Assembly (NCBI GenBank): GCA_963813535.1
Contig: CAWEZH010000002.1
Span: 1,344,001 to 1,408,000, forward strand
Origin: an uncultured Chloroflexia bacterium
GTDB taxonomy: Bacteria > Chloroflexota > Limnocylindria > Limnocylindrales > CSP1-4
Length of the DNA stretch: 64,000 nt
Reading direction: 5' to 3'
Below, one piece after another: positions 57,197 to 64,000 of the stretch; the first letter of the stretch is position 1, and each line of letters opens with the position of its first letter. The notes under the pieces were generated by a model. The model was not told the origin of the DNA. It saw only the letters and a list, made by a program, of their open reading frames with translations, and made no database searches. Made by a program: the position numbers and the translations under genes.

Positions 57197-58927
57197 TCAG
57201 CCGGTCGTCGCGGAAACTGACGGGAATCCGTTCACGAGGAAGCCCTCGACCTCATCGATCGGGCGCGTCGATCGTTCGCCGGTCGCGCGCTCCGTGACCT
57301 CGATGCCGCCAGCTGCCAGTGACCTTGGCGACACCGTGAGGATCCACGGCATGCCCAGCAGCTCGGCGTCGTTGAACTTGACCCCGGGCGATTCGTCGCG
57401 GTCGTCCCATAGGATCTCGCGCCGCGGCCCTGCTTCGGCTGCCAGGGCGTGAAGTCGCTCGGCGATCACGAGCACCTGCGGCTCCTTGGCTCCGCCGATC
57501 GACACGAGGTGCGCGGCATACGGCGCGACCTCGGCCGGCCAGACGATGCCCTTGTCGTCGTGGTGCTCCTCGACGATGCAGGCGACGCTCCGCCCGACAC
57601 CGATCCCGTACGAGCCCATCACGATCGGGTGCTCCTTGCCGTCCTCGCCGAGATACGTGGCACCGAACGCGTCGCTGTACTTCGTCCCGAGCTTGAAGAT
57701 GTTGCCGACCTCGATCCCGTTCCGGAGGACGAGCGGCTGGCCGCACGTCGGACACGGGTCGCCCGCCTGCGCGTTGGTGATGTCGGCGGTGACGTCGGGT
57801 GTGAAGTCCCGGCCCACGTTGACGTTGCGGTAGTGGAACCCCTCGCGGTTGGCCCCTGCGACGAGATTTGGCGACCGAGCGACGAGATCGTCGACGACCA
57901 CCACGGTCCCCCGCGCGCCGATCGGTGAGCCGTACCCGGGCTCCATGCCGGCCGCCCGGATCTCCTCGACCGTAGCGGGCCGGATCCCGCCGGTCGCACT
58001 CACTGCGTTCACGAGCTTGGTCTCATTGACGTCGTGATCGCCGCGGACGATGGCCGTGACGACCCGGCCGTCGCCCGTCACGAAGAACGCCGCCTTGGCG
58101 GCCCGGTCCTCGCCGACCCCGAGAAACGCGGCAAGCTTCGCGATCGTCGTCGTGCCGGGGGTCGCGACCTCCTCGAGGGGAGCAGGTTCCTCGGCGGGCG
58201 GCTCCGGTTTGGCCACGACCGCGACCTGGCGGTTCGCGGCGAAATCGCAGTTCTCGCACAGGACGAGGACGTCCTCACCGGCTGGGTTGAGGACCATGAA
58301 CTCGTGCGCTTGGCTGCCACCCATCATCCCGACATCGGAGCTGACAGCGATCGTGTCGAGACCCATACGCTCGAAGGTCCGGACGTAGGCGCCGTGCTGG
58401 TCCCAATAGCTCGTGTCGAGCCCGGCGTCGTCGCGGTCGACGCTGTAGGCGTCCTTCATCACGAACTCGCGCACCCTGATGAGCCCGCCCCTGGCTCGCG
58501 GCTCGTCGCGCCACTTGGTCTGGAAGTGGTAGACCTGCATCGGGAGCTGGCGGTACGACTTCACGATATCGGCGAGCAGCAGCCCGACGACCTCCTCGTG
58601 GGTCATCGCCAGCACCATGTCCCGTCCGTTGCGGTCCTTGAACCGGCCAAGTTCGGGTCCGATCGCGTCGTAGCGACCGCTCGCGCGCCAGATGTCGGCC
58701 GGATGCACGACCGGCATCTCCATCTCCTGGGCGCCGATGCGGTCCTGTTCCTCGCGGATGATCTGCTCGACACGGGCATCGACCCGCTTGCCGAGCGGCA
58801 ATAGCGAGTAGATCCCCGAACCGAGCTGGCGGACATAGCCGGCCCGCTGCAGGAGCCGGTGTGATGGCATCTCGGCGTCGGCCGGGTCGTCCCGGAGGGT
58901 CGTGAAGAACAGGTGGGACAGTCGCAT
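57197..58927 (-). CDS. proS: Proline--tRNA ligase
   Basis: MRLSHLF, SHRLLQRAG, THEE, KWRDEPRARGGLIRVREF, IEVGNIFKLGTKYS, MGSYGIG. Confidence 0.96.
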   Translation of the reverse strand: MRLSHLFFTTLRDDPADAEMPSHRLLQRAGYVRQLGSGIYSLLPLGKRVDARVEQIIREEQDRIGAQEMEMPVVHPADIWRASGRYDAIGPELGRFKDRNGRDMVLAMTHEEVVGLLLADIVKSYRQLPMQVYHFQTKWRDEPRARGGLIRVREFVMKDAYSVDRDDAGLDTSYWDQHGAYVRTFERMGLDTIAVSSDVGMMGGSQAHEFMVLNPAGEDVLVLCENCDFAANRQVAVVAKPEPPAEEPAPLEEVATPGTTTIAKLAAFLGVGEDRAAKAAFFVTGDGRVVTAIVRGDHDVNETKLVNAVSATGGIRPATVEEIRAAGMEPGYGSPIGARGTVVVVDDLVARSPNLVAGANREGFHYRNVNVGRDFTPDVTADITNAQAGDPCPTCGQPLVLRNGIEVGNIFKLGTKYSDAFGATYLGEDGKEHPIVMGSYGIGVGRSVACIVEEHHDDKGIVWPAEVAPYAAHLVSIGGAKEPQVLVIAERLHALAAEAGPRREILWDDRDESPGVKFNDAELLGMPWILTVSPRSLAAGGIEVTERATGERSTRPIDEVEGFLVNGFPSVSATTG

Positions 58928-58989
58928 GGAGCGGTAAGGATAGCGGCGAGGGCACGCCGCGACTGCGCACGCCGGTTGCCGCCGGCGGC

Positions 58990-59011
58990 GTTCACCCACC
59001 GTTAACATCTT
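58990..59011 (+). promoter_or_regulatory. PHO-box-like direct repeat upstream of pit
   Basis: GTTCACCCACC GTTAACATCTT (11-bp units). Confidence 0.7.
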
Positions 59012-59041
59012 GCCGACTTCCCGCTGCGAGGTACCGATCGC

Positions 59042-60046
59042 TTGATCGATGGCGCGCTGTTCTCCCTGTTCGTCGTCATCGTGCTGGCGGTCGTCTTCGA
59101 CTACATCAACGGCTTCCACGACACGGCCAACGCGATCGCGACATCCGTTGCGACGCGTGCGCTCAGCCCGCGCACCGCCGTGCTCATGGCCGCCGCCTTC
59201 AACTTCATCGGAGCGTTCGCAGGCACGGCGGTGGCCAAGACGATCGGTGCCGGCCTGGTCAACGAGGAGACGACGACCCAGATCATCGTGATGGCCGCGC
59301 TCATCGGAGCGATCGCCTGGGACCTCATCACATGGTGGTACGCCGTCCCGAGTTCGAGCTCGCAGGCGCTCGTCGGTGGCCTGCTTGGTGCGACGATCAT
59401 CGCGGCGGGCGTCGGGGCGTTGAACCTCGACGGGATCGTCAGCAAGGTGCTCATCCCGAGCCTGACGTCGCCGCTCATCGGTTTCGTCGGCGCCTTCCTG
59501 CTGATGCTGTCGCTGTACTGGATCTTTCGGAACGCCAAGCGCAAGCCGATGGCCCGGGTCTTCCGGCGCCTGCAGGTGATCTCGGCCGGATACATGGCGT
59601 TCGCGCACGGCTCGAACGACGCCCAGAAGACCATGGGCATCATCACGCTGGCGCTTTTCTCCGCCGGTGTCATCCCGACCATCGAAGTCCCGACGTGGGT
59701 CATCATCGTCTCGGCCACCGCGCTGTCGCTTGGGACGGCCGTCGGCGGCTGGCGGATCATGCACACGATGGGGCACCGCGTGGTCGAGCTCGAGCCCGTT
59801 CATGGGTTCGCGGCCGAGACGACCGCCGCCACCGTCCTCATCGGGACGGCTCAGCTGGGCATGCCCGTTTCGACGACGCACGTGATCTCCAGCGCGATCA
59901 TGGGCGTCGGCTCGGCACGCGGACCCAAGGGCGTGCGCTGGGGCGTCGCGCGACGCATCCTGCTCGCCTGGGTCATCACCATCCCGGCCGCCGCGATCAT
60001 GGCTGCAGCGGCATGGTTCATCCTGCACACCATCGGCTTCGGCTGA
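59042..60046 (+). CDS. pit: Inorganic phosphate transporter, PiT family
   Basis: NGFHDTANAIAT, PSSSS, AHGSNDAQKTMG, PVSTTH. Confidence 0.93.
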   Translation: MIDGALFSLFVVIVLAVVFDYINGFHDTANAIATSVATRALSPRTAVLMAAAFNFIGAFAGTAVAKTIGAGLVNEETTTQIIVMAALIGAIAWDLITWWYAVPSSSSQALVGGLLGATIIAAGVGALNLDGIVSKVLIPSLTSPLIGFVGAFLLMLSLYWIFRNAKRKPMARVFRRLQVISAGYMAFAHGSNDAQKTMGIITLALFSAGVIPTIEVPTWVIIVSATALSLGTAVGGWRIMHTMGHRVVELEPVHGFAAETTAATVLIGTAQLGMPVSTTHVISSAIMGVGSARGPKGVRWGVARRILLAWVITIPAAAIMAAAAWFILHTIGFG

Positions 60047-60063
60047 GGAAAGGGAATGCCTCG

Positions 60064-60681
60064 ATGACGTTCCGGCTGCTCCCCAAGGACGTCAAGTTCT
60101 TCGACCTGTTCGTCGCCGACGGCGAGAACCTCCAGGCGGCGGCGGCGAGGCTGCGCGACATGGTCGACGAATTCGACAACCTGGAGGCCCGGGTCGCCGA
60201 GATCCAGCTCCTCGAGAAGCGCGGCGACGACATCGACCGCGAGATCAACCAGCGACTCGAGGACGCCTTCGTCACGCCATTCGATCGCGAGGACATCCAC
60301 GATCTGACCGTGCGGCTCGACGACGTCGTCGACGGTATCCAGGCGACTGCTGAGACCTTCGTGATCTACGGCATCGACCGCCCCACTGAGGAGGCGCGAC
60401 AGCTCGCCCACATCCTGGCCGAGCAATCAGATTCGCTTCTGTCGGCACTCCGCAAGCTCGACGGCTTGAAGGATCTCGACGCGGACCTCAGGAAGGTGCA
60501 TGACCTCGAGCACCAGGCCGACACGCTCTCGCGGGCAGCGGTCGCCCGATTGTTCCGAGATGGTTCCGATCCGCTCGAGGTCATCAAGTGGCGCGACCTC
60601 TATCGCGAGCTCGAGAATGCGATCGACGCGGCCGAGGACGCCGCGGAGGCGATCGAGCGGATGTTCCACAAGGCGACCTGA
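60064..60681 (+). CDS. DUF47 / PhoU-like Pit accessory protein
   Basis: LEKRGD, FVTPFDREDI, DDVVD, EHQAD, IKWRDLY..LE.AID. Confidence 0.9.
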   Translation: MTFRLLPKDVKFFDLFVADGENLQAAAARLRDMVDEFDNLEARVAEIQLLEKRGDDIDREINQRLEDAFVTPFDREDIHDLTVRLDDVVDGIQATAETFVIYGIDRPTEEARQLAHILAEQSDSLLSALRKLDGLKDLDADLRKVHDLEHQADTLSRAAVARLFRDGSDPLEVIKWRDLYRELENAIDAAEDAAEAIERMFHKAT

Positions 60682-60695
60682 CCGGCCGCCTGGGG

Positions 60696-61154
60696 TCAGC
60701 TGAGGAGCGTCTGCCAGGACGGCCCGGTGGCGCCGTCGCGGAGCTCCAACCAGCGGAGCGCATACGCGAGGCGGATGGGGGCTGGGTCGGCGTGATCGCC
60801 CCGCGGCGGTGCCAGGTGGAAGGCCTCGCGACCGTATGACGCGGCAAGCGTCCGGCGCGTGCGCACCGGCGCCAGATGGCGGCGGATCTGTTCGACCTCC
60901 TCCGCGAACCCTGGCCGGGCCCAGTGCGTCGGGCGCCGCGACGGATCGCGCAGGAGCCGGGCGAGGCGGAGGGCATCCAGCGCCAGCGCCCTGGCGGGCG
61001 CCGGCACCGGTGCCGGGAGGGTCGGAGTCCACGGGGAGAGGAGGAGCCCGGGACTCTCGGATATGCCGTCGTCGGCGCCGCCGAGACGCGGAACCTCGAC
61101 GTGGCGCGACGTCATCGGGTCGGTGGTCGCGGGCTGGCGATGTCGGATCGGCAT
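60696..61154 (-). CDS. Hypothetical protein
   Basis: ORF filling the gap after the response regulator; PHO-like boxes upstream; start uncertain. Confidence 0.45.
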   Translation of the reverse strand: MPIRHRQPATTDPMTSRHVEVPRLGGADDGISESPGLLLSPWTPTLPAPVPAPARALALDALRLARLLRDPSRRPTHWARPGFAEEVEQIRRHLAPVRTRRTLAASYGREAFHLAPPRGDHADPAPIRLAYALRWLELRDGATGPSWQTLLS

Positions 61155-61176
61155 GGCTGCAGATTCGAGCAGCGGT

Positions 61177-61204
61177 GTGAACGTGTCATCAGCGCGACGT
61201 CAAC
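61177..61204 (-). promoter_or_regulatory. PHO-box-like repeats upstream of the hypothetical gene
   Basis: Minus strand GTTGAC (61204), GCTGAT (61193), GTTCAC (61182) in 11-bp register. Confidence 0.45.
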
Positions 61205-61226
61205 ATCGGCCCCGATCGGAACGGCC

Positions 61227-61922
61227 TCAAGTCGGCCGCCGGAAGACATAGCCGACGCCACGGACCGTATGGATGAACGCCGGCTGGCCCGGATCCTCCT
61301 CGATCTGGCTGCGCAGCCAATGTACGTGGACATCGACCGTGCGCGTCTCGCCGGCATAGTCGTACCCCCACACCTTCTCGAGCAGCTGATCGCGCGTGAA
61401 GACCTGGCCCGGGTTCCGGATCAGGAACGCGAGCAGCTCGAAGGCCTTCGGCTTGATCGGCAGGACCTCGCCGTCACGGAGCAGGCGATGGCCGCCGAGA
61501 TCGGCCTGGACGCGGCCGAGGTCGATGATGGTCGGGGCGGTGCCGGTGGCGACTCCCGCCTCTGCGCGGCGGAACAAGGCCCGGATGCGGGCAGTCAGCT
61601 CGCGGAGCGAGAACGGCTTGGTGACGTAGTCGTCCGCCCCGAGCTCCAGGCCGACGACCTTGTCGAGCTCGGAGTCCTTGGCCGTGAGCATCACGATCGG
61701 CACGCCGGATTCGGCACGGATGATGCGGGTGACCTCGATGCCCGACAGTTCCGGGAGCATCAGGTCGAGGAGCACGAGGTCCGGGCGCTCCCCCCGAAAA
61801 CGGGTCAGGGCCTCGCGCCCATCGGCCGCGGCGATGACCCTGAATCCCTCCGATTCGAGCGCGTCGACGATGGTCTCGCGCAGCGTCGGTTCGTCTTCGA
61901 CGACCAGGATCGTTCGTGCCAT
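61227..61922 (-). CDS. PhoB/RegX3-like response regulator
   Basis: VVEDE, LLDLMLP, MLTAK, GADDYVTKPF, RTVDVHVHWLRSQIE, TVRGVGY. Confidence 0.92.
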   Translation of the reverse strand: MARTILVVEDEPTLRETIVDALESEGFRVIAAADGREALTRFRGERPDLVLLDLMLPELSGIEVTRIIRAESGVPIVMLTAKDSELDKVVGLELGADDYVTKPFSLRELTARIRALFRRAEAGVATGTAPTIIDLGRVQADLGGHRLLRDGEVLPIKPKAFELLAFLIRNPGQVFTRDQLLEKVWGYDYAGETRTVDVHVHWLRSQIEEDPGQPAFIHTVRGVGYVFRRPT

Positions 61923-61946
61923 CCAGCGCCGAGCATAGCGAAGCGT

Positions 61947-61974
61947 GTTAACGACTCGTTCACGGGACGTCAGC
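61947..61974. promoter_or_regulatory. PHO-box-like repeats between the regulator and yibE/F
   Basis: GTTAAC 61947, GTTCAC 61958, GTCAGC 61969; adjacent to the TATGCT -10 box of the regulator. Confidence 0.65.
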
Positions 61975-62043
61975 ATCGCAACATCGGCGATCTGGGTCGC
62001 CCATTCGCGAGATCGGCCGGAGAGCTGGGCCGCGGCCTAGGAT

Positions 62044-63255
62044 GTGATCCATGGGTACTCGTTCGCAGTGACGAACACCCCTGATCGAGCGGCCACACCC
62101 TTCTCCGGGCTGCGCCGCCATGCGCGGGCGCTCGCCATCGGGTTCGGTCTGGTCGTGGCGATCCTCCTTCTCGTCCCGGACGTGACGCCCCGGCCACCCA
62201 GCGTCGAGTCCGTGAAGCTCGTCCACGGTCGCATCCTCAGGATCGACCCGGGCAGCACGCCGTCACAGCCCAACGCCCGGGTCGAGGTCGTCGACGGCCT
62301 GCCTGGGGGGCCAGCCGCCGGCGACATCGTCGAGGGCTTCGTGCAGGGAACGACCGAATCGGCGCCCGACTACCGGGTGGGCGACGAGGTGATCGTCGAG
62401 ATCCTGGATGACCCGGAGGTCGGTTTCGTCGCGATCGCGGACCGCTATCGAGCCCCGACATTGGCGCTCTTGCTCGGGCTGTTCGCGGCGGCGGTGGTGA
62501 TCGTCGGAGGGTGGCGTGGCGTCCGCTCGCTCATCGCCCTGGCGCTGACGCTGGCCGTCGTGTTCCGGATCGTCGTGCCGCTCATCCTCGCTGGCTGGGA
62601 TCCCGCCTGGATCGCGATCCTCGCGGCGACCGGAGTCACCATCGTGACCTTCCTGCTCACCGAAGGGCTGCGCCGCTCCACGATCGCCGCCGCGGCGGGC
62701 ACGGGTGTCGCGCTCGTGCTCGTTGCCGTCCTGGCGTCAGCGTTCGATGCGATCCTCCGCTTCACGCCCCTTCGCGGCTCGGAGGACAACGCGTACCTCA
62801 TCTCGCTCGGTGGCACGAGCATCGATCTCGGCGGCGTCGTGCTTGCCGCGATCATCTTCGGAGCACTCGGCGTGCTGGACGACGTGACCGTCACCCAGGC
62901 GGCGACGGTCCAGGAGCTGCACGCGGCGGATCCCGTCGCTCGCCGGGCGACCCTGGCCGGCCGAGCGATGAATGTCGGCCGCTCGCACATCGCCGCGACC
63001 GTGAACACATTGGTCCTGGCCTATGTCGGCGCGTCTCTGCCCTTGATCATCCTGTTCGTGGCCGGCGGGCAGGATCCATCGCTGATCGCGTCAGAAGAGG
63101 TCGTCGCGGTCGAGGTCGTCCGAGCCCTGACCGGGAGCATCGGGATCGTGGCTGCGGTGCCGATCACCACGGCGATCGCCGTGGGACTGGTCGGGCGCCG
63201 GTCGCCGTTCCTTCCCAACGAGCGACAGACGCAGCGCGCGCCGGGTTGGGACTAG
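62044..63255 (+). CDS. YibE/F-family membrane protein
   Basis: GWRGVRSL, GALGVLDDVTVTQA, GRSHIAATVNTLVLAYVGASLP; start may be GTG 62068. Confidence 0.88.
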   Translation: MIHGYSFAVTNTPDRAATPFSGLRRHARALAIGFGLVVAILLLVPDVTPRPPSVESVKLVHGRILRIDPGSTPSQPNARVEVVDGLPGGPAAGDIVEGFVQGTTESAPDYRVGDEVIVEILDDPEVGFVAIADRYRAPTLALLLGLFAAAVVIVGGWRGVRSLIALALTLAVVFRIVVPLILAGWDPAWIAILAATGVTIVTFLLTEGLRRSTIAAAAGTGVALVLVAVLASAFDAILRFTPLRGSEDNAYLISLGGTSIDLGGVVLAAIIFGALGVLDDVTVTQAATVQELHAADPVARRATLAGRAMNVGRSHIAATVNTLVLAYVGASLPLIILFVAGGQDPSLIASEEVVAVEVVRALTGSIGIVAAVPITTAIAVGLVGRRSPFLPNERQTQRAPGWD

Positions 63256-63662
63256 TCCTGGCGGCGGTCGTCGGGCCGCTCCACGAAGGACTCGGTGAAC
63301 GCGCGGCATCGACCGTCGTCGCCGAACTCGAGCAGATAGACGTTGTCCCAGACGTTCGTGACCGTCGATCTCGTCGCGTCCGTGTAGTACCGACTCCAGC
63401 CCACGGCCACCGCCCGATCGCCGTCGACTGCGAACGGCTCGTAGTGCGCCTCCCAGGTACCGGGCTCGTCGCGAGTGCTTGCGTCGCCCGACGGTTCCAG
63501 CCAGGCCCGGACGATGGCCTCGCGCCCGACGAAGCCCTCGTCCGAAGGGTGGTAGCGATAGCGGGCGGCCTCCGAGAAGAGGTCGCCGATGGCCGCAGCG
63601 TCGTCTGCCGCCCAGGCGGCGATGTACCTGTCGAGCCAGGCCTGGACATCGTCACGGGTCAT
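63252..63662 (-). CDS. SnoaL-like / NTF2-family protein
   Basis: WLDRYIAAW...LFSEAARY...GREAI..AW...GRCRAFTE. Confidence 0.8.
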   Translation of the reverse strand: MTRDDVQAWLDRYIAAWAADDAAAIGDLFSEAARYRYHPSDEGFVGREAIVRAWLEPSGDASTRDEPGTWEAHYEPFAVDGDRAVAVGWSRYYTDATRSTVTNVWDNVYLLEFGDDGRCRAFTESFVERPDDRRQD

Positions 63663-64000
63663 GAGCCGAGCACCGCCAGTGCCCGATCGAGGCGGGCAAG
63701 GACGCGCTCGCGGCCAAGCGCGACGAGGGTGTCGAACAGCGGAGGCGTCGCGGTCCGGCCGGTCACGGCCACGCGGATCGCCATGAACAGGTCGCCCACC
63801 TTCCAGCCACGCTCCTCGGCCAGCGCACGGAGGGGCGGCTCCAGCTCATCGGCCTCGAACGACACGTCGCCGACCGCCTCGATCGTGTCGCGCGCCGCGC
63901 CCAGCCCATCTCGCGCCGTCGCGACGTCCCAGCGCTTGGGGACCAGCATCTCCGGCTCGAGGTCCACGTCGGTGACCCACAGGAAGCCGACGAGATCGCC
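63659..64000 (-). CDS. gltX: Glutamate--tRNA ligase, 3' end (truncated by window)
   Basis: Anticodon-binding domain LFMAIRVAVTGRTATPPLF..LVALGRERVLARL. Confidence 0.88.
   Translation of the reverse strand, partial: GDLVGFLWVTDVDLEPEMLVPKRWDVATARDGLGAARDTIEAVGDVSFEADELEPPLRALAEERGWKVGDLFMAIRVAVTGRTATPPLFDTLVALGRERVLARLDRALAVLGS

Noticed and set aside
57197-60028. Apparent 943-aa ProRS with a long N-terminal extension
   Set aside because: The extension is the antisense of pit; the true start is MRLSHLF at 58927

Overview
High-GC bacterial chromosomal window. Gene style (PSAA-rich lipoprotein linkers, a PPTDT-type C-terminal anchor, many apparently leaderless genes) suggests Chloroflexota or Actinomycetota, which is inference only. 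Contents in order: argH 5' end; a galactoside utilisation locus (GH13, galT, DeoR regulator, sugar ABC transporter, GH36, GH2); two EamA transporters; a GbsR/MarR-regulated ABC exporter; a long+short aldehyde dehydrogenase pair; a secreted MepA-like peptidase; a five-gene methyltransferase/FAD-oxidoreductase/NUDIX/SRPBCC/FabF-like ketosynthase operon; MFS+MerR; an ECF sigma factor with a multiply frameshifted PD40/TolB-like partner; deoC; a cupredoxin; an S9 peptidase; a catalytically degenerate ATP-dependent DNA-ligase homologue with an Hda-type clamp-binding motif; a NatAB-like ABC exporter; then a roughly 25 kb phosphate/polyphosphate/arsenic supercluster (ppk1, CYTH-CHAD, ppx, a basic histone-like protein, a pseudo-receiver OmpR regulator, pstSCAB-phoU-arsC-sixA, arsR/arsM, GDPD, EEP, PhoR-like kinase, pit-DUF47, PhoB/RegX3-like regulator) with recurring 11-bp-spaced GTTNAC boxes; proS; and the gltX 3' end. 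No tRNA, rRNA, CRISPR array or mobile element was recognised. The best novelty candidates are the dead ligase with a clamp motif, the ACP/CLF-less ketosynthase-cyclase operon, and the pseudo-receiver plus histone-like protein inside the Pho/polyP cluster. All family assignments come from motif recognition by eye, not database searches.
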